DNA from: Lama glama
Taxonomy: Eukaryota
Direction of reading: 5' to 3'
DNA: 64,000 bases
Assembly (NCBI GenBank): GCA_028534125.1
Contig: CM052816.1
Span: forward strand, 95,296,001 to 95,360,000
Shown: positions 1-12,959 of the stretch, one piece after another
Layout of the letters: the number at the start of each line of letters is the position of its first letter
How positions within the stretch are numbered: position 1 is the first letter of the stretch
Notes under the pieces: model-generated
What the model was told of the DNA's origin: nothing
Database searches by the model: none
The model's input: the letters and a program-made list of their open reading frames with translations, nothing else
Program-made: the position numbers and the translations under genes

Positions 1-425
1 GGTCCCTCATATCTGAGAGGATCTGGAAATCCATAATCCTCACTTAAGTCTGATTCAAGAAATCAAGCCTCTGGAGGTCATTTGCTGATCTGTTTTAGAG
101 GATTTAGCTCTGCTAAACTTGCCCCCTTAGCACTCTCTACTTGCACAAAAATCTCTATTCCTTTTTGAACAAGTCTGTAAATCCAGTTTGTCCCACTTAC
201 TGGTAATGTATTATAATACCAAAAACAACTCATTTACTGGCAGGGGGGCATTCGTTTAGCAAATATTTACAGAGCCTTTCCAGTCATCATAATAATTTTT
301 GTTCAGTGAGTATTTATTGGATGCACACTCTGTGCAAGACACTATGTCTGAGCAGAGATGCAACAGAAAGAGCAGATTCCAGATCCAGGGGCCCTGCTCA
401 CAGAGACTCCCATCTGTCTGCTAAG

Positions 426-561
426 TAGGGGGACCGGCTGTCCTGGTTTGCCCATGACTGAGGGGTCCCCCAGATGCAGTATTTTCAGTGCTAAAATTGG
501 GGAAATCTGGGACAAACTAGACAGGTCAGTTACCCTATTCAGCAGACAACTGGTCACCCTA
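426..561 (+). mobile_element. MER94-like hAT-Blackjack MITE
   Basis: TAGGGGGACC ... GGTCACCCTA termini with a degenerate 8-bp TSD CTGCTAAG/TTGCTGAG. Confidence 0.7.
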
Positions 562-2065
562 TTGCTGAGCCATACTAAACAAGGAACTTCACAGAGAATT
601 GCTCTTTGGAATTGTTGTCGGTGCTGTGAGGGTGAAGCAGAGGTGCTGTGAGGCTTCCAACGGCCCCATCGAAGCCACTGCCTCCTGTGCCCCCATAGAA
701 CCACCACTGGGACAGACCCTTCCTTTCGTGGCCACCAGAGCCTGGGACCCCAAAGCCTGCTGCTGTTGAAGCTGAGGACAGAGCCTCGGTGTATCAAAGC
801 TGAGCGATAATCAAGAATCACAAATCTCTCCACTGAGGCCACTGCCACCATGAGCACTGCCCTGACTCCCACCAACTCGTGGGACGGTCCCCCCAGGTTG
901 CTTTCCACCACCCAGAGCAGAAAAACCTCTTGTGATGGTGTCTGCCTGCCCCTGCTCTAGACTCAGCGAGTTCCCTGCTGCTCCAACAGCAGAGAGAGTT
1001 AAGGACCAGGCTTCTGTACAAGGCTCTCTTCCCTGGGGTGTGCTCCTTCCCCGGGGACCCCCCCCAACCACCCTGCTGGGCCCACTGGACAGGACCTCAC
1101 AGAGGTGGGTGCCAGGAGAGCCTGACCACTCACCCACTTCCCAAGCCTCAGCCCTGCGCAAACTTACATTCACCCATAAATGGACTTGTCTGTTTCTAAT
1201 CAGAAGAAAGTTTTATTTTAAATGAACAAAACGGAGATTTTTGTTTTCCCAAAATATACTCCAATTTCCAATTCCCACTCCTCCTGTGGCTGTAGCCACC
1301 GAGAAGAAATAACATTGTTGTCTAACCAGTTCCCTCCGTCTTGAATTATTTATTGATATTAAGATGAACTATGAAATAAAATTAAGATGAGTTTGAGAAA
1401 TAAACTCCGGACTTCCTTTTTTCCTTCTTTTTTGTCACCCGAGGCTGTGTCCTAGCTGACTTTCCCAGACTCAGCCTGTGCTGAGCCGGGCAATCCGCTC
1501 TCCGCGCGGCTTCACAGCTGCGCCACCCCCGGCGCCCTGCTTACCCGGGCTTTTCCGCTCTAATCCTGAGTTGAGGACAGAAAACACTGGCTGTTGCGGC
1601 TTCATTAGGCCAGCAGACTGTGTCTGCAAATCACCTAGACAGTCTCTTGAAGGTTCCTGTGATATAAAAGCCGTTCAACGTGTTTGAAATGACCCACGAT
1701 TCGTTCTGATGGATCAGGTTCCGTGTTCCGGAACAGAAAGGCAGGAATGGCCCCGAGGAAGCCTGTGACTTGGCGACAGGTGCCTTGGAGCTCTTCTAGT
1801 TCATCCACTCAATAGTCACGTGAGGTGTGGTGTGTGCCTGGCCTCTGGCCACCAGCTGGGGATGAAGACAGGATGATACACGGTCTTTATATTAGTGAAA
1901 GCTTCTGGCTGATGGTGAAAGAAACCCAAGGGAAGGCTCCTGTCACCCAGGAAGGGCACAGGGCGTAGCTGGGCCTCGGAGGTGTCTGGGACTACACTAC
2001 TCTCTGCAGGGTTTATCTCTGCCTCTGAGTTCCCTGTCTCCCACCCCAGACCACAGTCTTCCTCA

Positions 2066-2080
2066 CCACCAGAGGGCAGC
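2066..2080 (+). promoter_or_regulatory. Consensus CTCF motif
   Basis: CCACCAGAGGGCAGC matches the CTCF core CCASYAGRKGGCRS. Confidence 0.55.
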
Positions 2081-2850
2081 CGCATCTGCTGCTCCCATCG
2101 AGGTCCCGAATCTCAGGGAAGGGCTCTGATTGGCTCTGCCGGGGTCAGGGGCTCAGCTCTACCAATCAGTGGTGGCCATGTGGGTGGGGGCTGCGTGCAA
2201 ATCACGGCGGCTTCCGTCGGCATCTTGCGGTTATGGCGGAAAGAAAGCGCATATCCCAGAAGAGGGTTGGATCCATGCCCACCACAGCGCTGCTCCAGCA
2301 CCCGCCCAGCCTGCCGGTGGAGGGTCGGATGCAACGGGAGGCATGCTGTGACAGCCTCGTGCGCGGGCCCTCTGTTGTGGGAAGCGGGCATGCTTCTCTT
2401 TACCACCACGTGGCTGCCTGGAAGGCTTCATCCAGGATTTGAGAGCCCAGCTGAGCAGTGAAGATAGTGATGAAGAGCTGGCCTTCCAGGAGGCACCTGG
2501 GGGAAGAGGATTCCAACTTATAGGACGATTTGGTGGATGTGAGAGGGGTGGGGTGGGGGTATTAAAGACCCTTTTATCCTGGTCAACGGCCCGTCTTTTC
2601 CCTGAAATAAGCAGGACTGGAACAGCTCCAAGCCTACAGAGCTAACCCTCCACTATGCCAGGGGAAAAAAGGGTGAAGTCCAAGCAAGGCTACAGCTTAG
2701 CTAATCGCCTTGGACCGAGGCTGATTTCCTGGGTTTGAGCGTTGTGCTGCAGCATGTAAACGAGTAACGTTACAGGAAGTGGTGTTGGATATCAGTTATA
2801 CTATTTTTCCAAATACCACTGTCTAAAATTATTTCAGAATAAAATGGTAA

Positions 2851-2967
2851 GGGGGAGGGTCTAGCTCAGCGATATGGTGTGTGCTTAGCATGCACAGAGG
2901 TCCTGGGTTCAATCTCCAAGACCTACATTAAAAAACAAACATAAACAAACAAAACAAAACAAAATAA
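2851..2967 (+). mobile_element. tRNA-derived camelid SINE (Vic-1-like)
   Basis: Head GGGGGAGGGTCTAGCTCAG...GCTTAGCATGCAC..GAGGTCCTGGGTTCAATC with A/B boxes and an (AAAC/AAAT)n tail. 13-bp TSD: AATAAAATGGTAA (2838-2850) / AATAAAATGTTAA (2968-2980). Confidence 0.88.
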
Positions 2968-4245
2968 AATAAAATGTTAAAAACATCCGTGGGGACATGA
3001 ATCTCTGCATAGATAATGAAAGAAATTAGGAAATAGATTACCTATGTATATCTTGCTCCCAACCAATTACTGATACCAGCTCAGGTGTTTACAGCATAAT
3101 TCAGCATTTATCGTGCATCTCTTGTATACTGAGGACTCTGATGGTTTTCTTAAGGAACCAGTAAATAAGCATTATTCCTGCAGACAGTCAAATAATCAAG
3201 TAATCTTTCGGTGTCTCAGTCGCCTTCTTACAAATGGGGATGAAAATATTTTGTAAACTAATGAAGTGTGCCACCAGTGGTAGATTGCTGTTAGGAAGGT
3301 CTGTTGACTCAAGTGTCCAGCCCTGCTCTCACCGGTTGCAGTATCCTTCCCATGTGTTTCACTTCCATGACTCTGCTTTTCTTATCCCCCCAAATAAGGA
3401 TGTCACCAATAATCTATATTTCGATAAGAAATATAAAGCTGAACAGAGGGTTGGATTCTGCCCTGGAATTCAAGTTGCAAATCTTTCCTTCATTCTTAGA
3501 AGGGCATTCTGTACCTCTTTAGGTTTGTTTTTCCACTTGCCCCCCCCCAACTGAAATACAAGCATAATGGAAACAGAGAGTCTATTGTCTTGTGTGCTGT
3601 TGTGACACCTATGGCTGGAACAGTGCCTGGCACTCAGTAAATACATGGTGACTGACTGAATGAGTGTCTCTCGGCCACTGAGCCTTTATATTGGTATGGC
3701 TTCTTATAGCTCTGGAGTGTTGTGTCAGAATTTATACATTCCTGCGTTGGAGGAATGCTCTGTGGAGATTTTTTGAAATTAATATAGATGTCTATACTCA
3801 AATCCTATTGGTAATATAGTAGCTCAGAGAGGGCAAAAATAGGTACTTTGTGTGTGGGTCACATAACCAGCTATAAAGCAGGAGTTACAGCTTCTGTCCA
3901 AGGCCAAACAAGGGTGTGAACACTGGAAGAAATGAAAGTTCTCCCAGAAAGCCCTGCCATCGCAGACTGAATGACCAAGATAGACTGATAATACTAACAA
4001 TGGGCGGTTAATTGCTTTCTTAAACCAATTTACAATTAAAATTATTCATCCTGGGTAGTTATACATGAATGCCTTGTTAAGCACTGTAAGACCTCAGTAG
4101 AAATTGACCAATACATTGCTAGAGCTGAATAAAGAGTCTTGAAACAGATTCATGGAGGAAGGACATATTGTTCAATAGATGGCATTGGGACAATTAGGTA
4201 AGCATTGGGAAAAGAAATGAAGCTAGATCCTGACATTACACCATA

Positions 4246-4693
4246 ATTGTGGTTTGAATTATGTTTCAAAACATATGTTGAGTCCTAACACCTGGAACTT
4301 GTAAATGTGACCTTATTTGGGAATAGGGTCTTTGCAGATGGAATCAAGTTAAGATGAGGTCATTAGGGTGAGCTCTAATCCAATGGGTCTGATGTCCTTG
4401 TAAGAAGAGAAGAGACACAGACAGAACATGCAGGAAGAAGGCTACAGGAAGATGGAGGCAAAGACTGGAGCAATATGTTGAGAAGCCATGGGAGGTGAAA
4501 TGTTGCCCACAACGTCAGAAGCTGGGAGGGTGGATGGAACAGATTCTCTCCGAGAGCCTTCAGAAAAAGCACAGCCCTGCCAACACCTTGATTCACACTC
4601 CTAGCATCCAGAACTGTGAAAGGATAAATTTTTTAATTGTTTTATGCCATCTAGTCTGTGGTAATTTATTACAGCAGCCCTAGGAAATTAATA
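4246..4693 (+). mobile_element. MLT1B/C-type MaLR LTR inserted in an old L1 fragment (~4100-5150)
   Basis: GTGACCTTATTTGGGAATAGGGTCTTTGCAGATG and GCAGCCCTAGGAAA. The L1-like flanks resume across a CCATA/CTATA TSD. Confidence 0.8.
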
Positions 4694-5219
4694 CTATATA
4701 CAATAAAAGATTCCAAAAGGTCAAATAATTAAGTGTTTAAAAATAAAGCATGAGTAGAAATAATGGAGAGGGTATAGTTTGGAGACAAGAAAGACTTTCA
4801 TCCTACCACTAATGTCTAAAATTATGAAAGAAAAGATGGACCAACCAACTACATAAAAATTACATATTTCTGTAGAGTTCACCAAAAAAAAATTGAAAGA
4901 AAAATATCTCTTTTCAACATGTGAAAAAAAAGCTTATATGCACAATGCATAAAGGCTTCTATAAATCAGGGAAAATGTAAATGACCCAACATGTACATAA
5001 ACAAATTAAATGACTAAGCAAACTATAGAAGAAATCCGAATGGCAATGAAGCCTGTAGCAAGCTGTCCTGATTCACTGAATCAAATAAGTTAAAAGTAGG
5101 CTAAAAACATGTAATTTCCCCTAAAGCATCCTGGCAAAAATGAATCAGGTTGATGACCTCTGGCACTGACAGTAGCAGCTCCTAAACTTCCCAGCCAGAG
5201 GGATTTAGGCAGGCTGGTT

Positions 5220-5826
5220 GTGCCATGAAGGAGTAACTCAGCAGACTCAACTTGCCCAAACCCCACACATGGTTCTTGGTTGGCTACTGGGAGATGAGCT
5301 CTGAGCCCTTGGACTATCCTTCCTGCTAACAGTGCCTTTGCACGTCTGAGGCCCTGGGCTGCGCCAAATAATTAATGTTAATGATGGGACTTGCAGTGAG
5401 CACATGTTATTTTATGCCTGAGGCTGTGGGCTACGCAGTGTCATTTTGACTTCTGGAGGGCTGGGGTTTGAGTAGCTGTGGTTGGCCATGGAGCACAGCA
5501 TGGCCCTGTGACTGAGCCCAGCAAAAGCCCTAGACCCTAAGGCTCGGGTGAGCTTCTCTGATTGACAGCACTTGGTGAGTGTTGTCACACTGCACTGCTG
5601 GGAGAATTAAGCGCTGTGGCTGCCAGTCCCAGGGAGAGGACGGCTGCTTACTTGTCCTGCTCGCTCCTGGATTCTGTCCCATGTGCCTTTTCCCTTTGCT
5701 ACTTGTAATCTGTGAATTTGCTGCTATAAACCACAAGCATAAATACAATAGCTCTTCTGAGCTCTGTGAGCCCTTCCACTGAATATTGAACCTGAGGGTG
5801 GACTTGGGGACCACCCCCCCAACACA
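5220..5826 (+). mobile_element. ERVL-type solo LTR (MER77/MER21 family)
   Basis: Motifs CTGGGAGATGAGCTCTGAGCCCTTGG, GGCTCGGGTGAGCTTC, TGCTGGGAGAATTAAGCG and the end TTGAACCTGAGGGTGGACTTGGGGACC..ACA. Confidence 0.7.
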
Positions 5827-6234
5827 GTGGTCTCTTTAGAAGAAGTTAGAAACTGAGTTTGCTGAGCACTTTACATGAGAATTATCCATATGAAAGAATG
5901 GAGGGGAAAGGTTGGGGGGGGTGCTGTCAGAGATGGGGGAAGACGGGGCGGATGGCCCACACCTGGGCATGGCGGTGAGCCCCTGGGGCATCGGGGGTGG
6001 CACCCAAGCCGCCAGCTCTGGCCAGCCCAGGGCGAGGTGGGGGCTGATCTGGTAAAGCAGCAGTGCCAGGAGCGAAGCTGTCTTGAGGCTCCACCTGGTG
6101 ATAGATGTGTTCCTTCCGCGCCTCCTTATTTAAATGGATTGTGACACTTCATGTGCCTGGTAGCAAGCAACAAGAGTTCAGACATTCTACCCAAAACACA
6201 GCCTTGGTGAGCCACTTGGAAGTTATTTTCCTCT

Positions 6235-6612
6235 TGTTATGGACTGAAGTGTGTGTCTCCAAAATTCATGTGTGGAAGCCCCTAGTGTGACCGCGTCTGG
6301 AGGTGCGGCCTTTCAGGTCATAAGGTCATTACGGTTAAGTGAGATCATAAGGGCGGGGCCCTAATCCAGCTTGACTTGTGTCTTTATCAGAAGAAGAGAC
6401 ACCAGAGGGGCACATGCAGAGGAAAGACCGCGTGAGGACACACAGAGAGAAGGCGGCTGCCTGCAAGTCAGAGAGGAAGGCCTCAGGGAGCACCACCCCT
6501 GCCAACACCTTGATCTTGGACGTCCAGCCTCCAGGCTGTGCGAAACAGACATCTGCTGTTTAAGCCCCCGGTCTGTGGAATTCTGTTACAGCGGCCCGAG
6601 CGAGCTGATGCA
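6235..6612 (+). mobile_element. MLT1A-type MaLR LTR
   Basis: TGTTATGGACTGAA start, CACCTTGATCTTGGACGTCCAGCCTCCAG, and TSD CCTCT/GCTCT. Confidence 0.8.
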
Positions 6613-9600
6613 GCTCTGAAATGGATGAAAAGTCCTCAGGTATCATGTGGCCCCGCAGCCTCATCCTCTGTTCTTATCTCGCTCCCTGAGGGCCTAAGGC
6701 ACTGGGGACTTCGTTGCCCAGGGATGCAGGGTGGTGGGAAGAGCTCCTTCTGCTCAGGCTCTGCCCCATCTGAGGGTAGAGGAGGCTGACGGTCTCAGCC
6801 AGGACGGGGTGTCACCCCAGTGAGCAGTCAGGGAGACCTTGTGTCCCTGCAGTCTTCACCCAGCCTGGGCCCCTCTGATCTGCCCCGTGGAGCCTGCCTG
6901 CTCCCCTCAGAGACGAGAGTGCCCACTGCCACCCCACATTCTGGGGAGCCTGGGCCCCAAACCCACCCATGAGGTCTGGCGCCTTTGGGCCTCTGCAGCC
7001 TGTCCACCTGGGCACCCGGGCTGGGAGTATGCCTGCTCGAGTCCGGGTGCGGAGAGGATGCGGGGCCTCGGGTCCAACACCTCGGAGCACCCCTCCCCTG
7101 GGATGCGGGCTCCAGGTGCACATGGGGGGGCTCTTTGATTTCTCCTCCCCAGAGCCAGCCTCTGCCTCCACCTGCCCTGAGGACCAGACTGTAATTTTCA
7201 CAGCGATACCATGTCCAGGTCAACTGGGGAGGCAGCCCTCTCAAGACAGGCGTACCCACTGGAGTGTCTCCACCAGCGTGACGGGAGATGGAAGAAAGTT
7301 CTCCAACAAGGTAGCTCCGATCTTACTATTTTCATTATTATATAATTACGTATATCATTAAAGTGATCTTTTTATCCCACATTCATTTCATGCCCAGTAG
7401 TGTGCTGGGCACTGTGCAAAGGGTAAATGATTGCATTTTATTGATGAAACCACACCAAGTCATGGGTTCCATAAAAACAGCTATGTTGAAACAGGCATGA
7501 AGTACTTTATGTAATAAAGAGGATATAGAAAGACGATTTGGAACAAGTCAATGTTGGAACAGGCCAAGGAGGGGCCGCTTGGAGTGGAAGCATCTCACTG
7601 GGTGACGTTCCTTCCAGAATCGTGGATGAAGCACTTCCACTCTGACTTAATATGACCCTGTTTTTGTTTTCAGAGCAAATGTCTCGGTGCCCCTGGGGCA
7701 GTGTGATGCAACCCTCTGTTCACTCTCTGTTTACAGTTTCTGAGAAACAAAGATGTAATTGAGTCTTGCAGTTTGGGCTAATTACTTATCTAATGCCCAT
7801 GGAGGGACTCACCTCTCCTGTCCCCTGGAGGTGGTGGCGATGGGGAGGCAGGACCCTCTGAAGCTGCGTTTGGATTGCAAGATTTTTCTTAGAGGCAGTG
7901 CTGATTTCAGGTGACGGGTAGGGAGTAGGGCTGGGAGTTCCTGGGTCTGTAAGCCTTAACAATCTGCAATAAACCACTTACTGGCATCATTACCTTCCTT
8001 CTAGGGGCCACTGCTGAGTCTTCTAAGGGCCAGAGAGGAGGGCCCCTCCTCCCAATTCTCCCCCTGGTCCTTCTGATGCTGAAAAGTCAGCTTCCCCACG
8101 GGGCGGCAGGGACCCAGCCCTCCTGCCCCCGCAGCCGTTGTTTCAGAGGCCCTCCCACGGGGTCTAACCTCGCACCTCCACTTTCTGGAAGTTTCTGGCC
8201 AGCATTTCACACTGCCTTCCACGAGCTTGTCCATCTCCCTCTATTTAAGGATCTTTTAAAGCATTTAAAACAAAATTAACAGTAAGGAAATTGGAACTTG
8301 TTCCTAACATTGTGCCAAGCACTGTATCAGGCGCTTTCATGTTCGGCAACTCACTTGGGCAAGTTACTTGGCCTCTCTGTGCCTCAGTGTCCTTGTCTGT
8401 ACAAGTGAATCTCATGGTACCTGTCCTTAGTCACAGGGCTATTGTAAAGGAGGGCGGATGTTATACACGTAAGATGCTCAGAACAAGGGACGGAAAGTGC
8501 TCAATAAAGGTGAGCAGTTGTTTCACTTACCATCCCCCTCCGCATCCAGATGGTTATTTAGCCCATTATGCAGATGAGAAAATAGAGGCTCATGGAAATA
8601 AAGCAATCCTCGTGAATCCCTCCTGGGGGAAGGGGTCCGGCCACAATTCAAACCAGGCCAGGCTCCTCCTCCACATCCCACATCCCTCCTGCCAGGCTGC
8701 AAAAGCGTTTCTACAACCTAGACAGTGGTTATCACCTCCCTGGTGTGTTTTCATCACCTCCTTTCAAATTCTCCTACACAGACCCGGGGCTTGCAAATAG
8801 TTTTGATTGCAACCCTTGGTAAGGATTGTTTTACATTACAACCCGGAACAGATATGTATGAAAGTTTCCTGAAGTGATGCTTTCTCATTCCGTGTTCTGA
8901 GCAGCCCACCCAGTATTTTTCTATTCGGTTCGGCTTTGTTTTGTGTTTAAAAGCTAGCTTCAACTCAGCCTCACGTGGCAGTTTGAAAACCACCAGTGGG
9001 GAAAGTGTGAGAGAGTTTAACCAAAGCACCTCTGCCAGGTGAGGTCCTGAGTGCTCCCTCTGGCTCCCTCAGCCGGCCTCTCCCCGCCAGACCCCAGTCC
9101 CAAGATGCAGGGTCCCGGCGCTCCTGGTGGGCACCTGCAGGTACGTGACGCTCATCTCCAGGCCCATGTGTGCCTGCCGGCCTGGGCCATCTGGATTCAC
9201 TTGGGCAACATCCAAGAACACGTTTCTTTAGGATTTTATCCATTCGGAGCCCCCTTTACACAGGAGATGATCCTTTGCTGTTTGCATCTTGGTGTCAAAG
9301 GGGCTGGTACTAAAGGCTAGGGAGACTTGAACCTCTGAATAGAGACCATCCAGGGCTTAGCAAGGTGGAGAGAAGAATGAGGGAAGACGCTAAAGGAAAG
9401 CTCCACCCGGGAGGAGCGGCCCCCGGGCGCCGTCTTGACTTGCCAGTCCAGCTGTGGTCCCTGCCAGCCCTGCCCCTCCCTCCCGGCCCACGGCCGCGCC
9501 GCCCTTCCCAGCTTCCTGTGCTCCTCGGTGCGGCCCGTGCCCATAGGATGTACATGGACGGGGTGGGCGACATGCCCAGGCCTGGCCCAGGAAAGCTGCC

Positions 9601-9905
9601 CTCCGTGCCCCTCCCTCTGCAGCTTGAAGCAGATAAACACAGGGACCTTGGAACCCTGCATGGACGGGGAAGGAACTTGGATCCCCACAGTCTGCTCAGG
9701 CGGACACCCTCTGCTCACCGGGGTCACTCATTCTGAGCGTCACATGAGTTAGAAATCAATGTACACCATGTAAAGCCACTAATGTAAAGCCATCACTCCA
9801 ATACACAGATGTTCTTGGAATTTCAAAACTATCCAAGTTCAAGGCAGTGGAGCAAGAGATTCTTAAATATACCAAATTTTATTGAGCAGAAAATTTACTT
9901 TGCAA

Positions 9906-10312
9906 TGTACAGGGTTGAATGGTGTCTCCCCCAAATCCATTAGGAAATACGGTTTTTGCAGATGGAATTAAGCTGAGATGAGGTCATCCTGGAGGAGGGT
10001 GAGACCTGACTCTAACATGACTGTCCTCATGAAAAGAGAAAAATCTGGACACAGAGACACAGACGCAAGAGAAGGCCTTGTAAAAACAGAGGCAGAGATT
10101 GGAGAGATGTGGCTTAAATCAAGAACACGAAGGACCGCTGGCGCCCCCAGAGTTCGAAGAGGGAAGGGAGGCGCCTTCCCGAGAGCCTTCGAAGGGAACG
10201 TGGCTCTGTCGGTTTGCGGCTTCTCACCTCCAGAACTCTGCCAGAATCAAATTCTGCTGTTTTAAGGCCCCCAGCCTGTGGCACTGTTGCGGCAGCCCCG
10301 GGGAAGCTAACA
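9906..10312 (+). mobile_element. MLT1C-type MaLR LTR
   Basis: GGGTTGAATGGTGTCTCCCCCAAA, TTTGCAGATGGAATTAAG..GATGAGGTCATCCTGGA and GAGGCAGAGATTGGAG. Confidence 0.75.
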
Positions 10313-10972
10313 TGGTCTGTAATCAAAGCTTCGTGTAATTTTAAGAAAATGCTCTATTTTTAGCCCAGCTCTAGGCAGTGTGCTCCTACAAAGACAGACA
10401 GCATCCTCAGTCTATGCTTCCAGCTGGAGGATGTGAGCACAGACTCCAGGGGAGACCCCGCCTCCTCTCAACCTTCCGGAGAAGTCCCCTTGGGGTCCGG
10501 ATGCCTGGAGGCTTCTGGGCAGCCAAGCTCTCCACCAGCAGAAAACACTGTTCTTCAGGCTACCAGTCGAGGCTTAACTGCCCTTGAATGTGGTTTGTCC
10601 CACCCTCCGCGGTAGTCTGTGCCGTGTGGTGACAGGGAGGCGGCGGCGGCCTGGAAGATAAACACCTTGAAAGGCCAGACACACCCACCTGCCATTCCTA
10701 GAACCTGACCCAGTTGGTGGACGCCCACTTATCAGCCCGGGCCACGTATATCGAGGTTTGCTGACCAGAGTCACCCCCCTTTATTATCATCCTAGTCACG
10801 TTTTAACTTCACTTCAGTTATTCAGAAAAATAACAACTTATGCATTCCATGGCTTCCTGAATCAAAGGCAAAGTGTACTGCGAGCACAATGGCTAATCAG
10901 GCTACCTCCAGGATGCTGTGATGAGCATTCCTTAGCAAACGGGCATCTTTCTAAAACCGGACAATCACTCCA

Positions 10973-11355
10973 CGTGCTAGTTTGCTGGGGCTGCAGTGAT
11001 AAAGTACCATTAACTGAGGGGCTGGTGTCAGCAGGGTTGATTCCTTCCGAGGGCATGGGCGAGAGTGTGGCCCACTTTCTCCTCTGGCTTCGGGGGGTTT
11101 ACTGGCCATCTTTGGCCTTCTTTGGCTTGTGGGCATATCAGCCCAGCCTTTGTGTGGCGTCCTCCCTGTCTGCGTGTCTGTGTCCACATTTCCACTTTGT
11201 ACAAGGGCACCAGTCGTACTTATCAAGGCCCACTGTATTGGTATGAACTTAGGTTAACTCACCACATCTGCAATGACCCTACTGACACGGTCACATTCTG
11301 GGATTTCAACATATGAATCCTCAGGGTGGCCGGGAACGCAATTCAACCCAAAACA
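10973..11355 (-). mobile_element. MLT1 MaLR LTR
   Basis: Reverse motifs CATCTGCAATGACCCT..GGTCACATTCTG..CAATTCAACCC. Confidence 0.7.
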
Positions 11356-11454
11356 CTCCATTTCAATTATTTTCGTTCGAACCTGTACCTTAATGTATCA
11401 GGTTTGCTTTCAGTGGGTGTAACCTCCGAAATGGTAACGTAGGGGTTTAAAGCA

Positions 11455-12060
11455 TCACTTGGTACCATTTTGGAAAACTGTTCAAAATTTTTTACAAAGC
11501 CAAATAGAGACTCTCTGATCCCTAAATTCACTCCAAGACACACGGTGAAGAGGAATGTGTGTGTGTTCACCGAACGCAGGTGCCGGGATTTACAGAGCAG
11601 CGCTGTTGCTAATTGCCAAGACCGGTGACTGTCCCAGGTCCCACCAGCGGGGGGGCTGGTGGTTAAATGCTGGTGGGCCCCTCGGAGGAATTTCACGAGG
11701 CAGTGGAAAGGAGCACACGCCAGCCTCACGTAGCAATACAGACGGACCTAGCGACTGTCATGTCAGCCGGAAAAGTCAGACACCAAAGAGAACAGAATTT
11801 CATTCTGTTTACTTGCATTTCAAAACCAGACGAGGACGTCAGGATCAAGCAGGCGGTTACCCTTGGGTGGGTAACCAGTGGCCCATGGGACTAGGGGAGC
11901 CGTTTCTCTGCTGTTGATAGTGTTCTGTTTCTCCATCTCAGTGCTGGTTGCTAATATGGTCAGTTTGTGAAATTCACTGAGCTGGATTTACAAGAAATGC
12001 ACTCTTTCTGAGACGTGCACTTGTTTTATAGGTATATTGTGCTCATTGGAAGCTTTAATT
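11455..12060 (+). mobile_element. Degenerate L1ME 3' fragment
   Basis: GGTACCATTTTGGAAAACTG..GGTTACCCTTGGG..CAGTTTGTGAAATTCACTGAGCTG..TGCACTC. Confidence 0.6.
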
Positions 12061-12589
12061 AAGAAAAATGTACCCTGTCCTATTAACTACAAGCACAGTG
12101 ATTTAGGGTCAAACGTCTCTAAGCTCGATTTCTTTTCACTTGTAAAATGAGATTATAAGAGTTACTCCCATTCCGATAGAATCAGTATGAAGAATAGTGT
12201 AAGTATTGCTCCTGGCTCATAGTCATTGCTCAATAAATGTCAGCATTTTTTTAACTTGGCATAAAAATCTTTGGTGATGGACAGATGGTGGTCCCCTTTG
12301 GGGGGCTATGACTGGGGTGGGGAGTGAGGGCCTCTGGGGGGCAGGTGATGGGTGGAACTGAGCGGTGGTCACAGGCATTGCTCACTTGGTAATCATTCTC
12401 CCAGCTGTGTGCTTGATGTGTGGGCTTTTCTGGGCATACGTTTTACTTTAATTTTAAAATAGTTTGCCAAAGGTGAAAAGAAAGGTCTCCATTTTGTAGA
12501 TGGTGAGGATTGGATGAGCTAGGATACATAAAGCACTGAGCACGGTGCTCAGTCACTGTCTGCTGGTAAACTTGCACAATTCCTCATCC

Positions 12590-12857
12590 AGCAGCATTCT
12601 TTGGGTTTGGGCATTCAATCTGGGGGGCCTTAGGCAGATGGGGCACATCCTGAATATCATGCACCGCCCCCAGCAGCCTGAGATCGTGCCTTACGATAAA
12701 CACGGTGTTGCTACTCACACCACGGGGGATACACTGCCCTGCACTGGTTCAGATCAGGCTTGCTGCCGGATACGGGTTTTGTCTCCAAACTCACCAAAAA
12801 GTGTCTTTCTCGGGCTTTTTGGATTTCAGAATTGTGGATAAGGGACTAGACACCTGT
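12590..12857. mobile_element. MER103C-like hAT-Charlie fragment
   Basis: Characteristic end TTTTGGATTTCAGAATTGTGGATAAGGGA. Start is approximate. Confidence 0.5.
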
Positions 12858-12959
12858 GTCATCATTATATGATGATGGGTTTTTTTCTGCAGCTGGAAAT
12901 CAGATCATTTGTGCCCCAGGCTTGTCCTTATCAATGTTAAGCCATGTTTCCCACTTGCA

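Noticed and set aside
342..1225. Overlapping ORFs up to 189 aa
   Set aside because: Partly MER94/L2-derived, with no recognisable homology or consistent splice structure.
2349..2351. In-frame TGA as selenocysteine
   Set aside because: No recognisable selenoprotein fold or SECIS element; CpG decay or chance is simpler.
2851..2925. Possible tRNA-Ala gene
   Set aside because: Degenerate D-arm and acceptor stem, A-rich tail and TSD indicate a SINE.
10354..10363. Perfect MEF2 site CTATTTTTAG
   Set aside because: A single short AT-rich motif without supporting context; plausible by chance in 64 kb.
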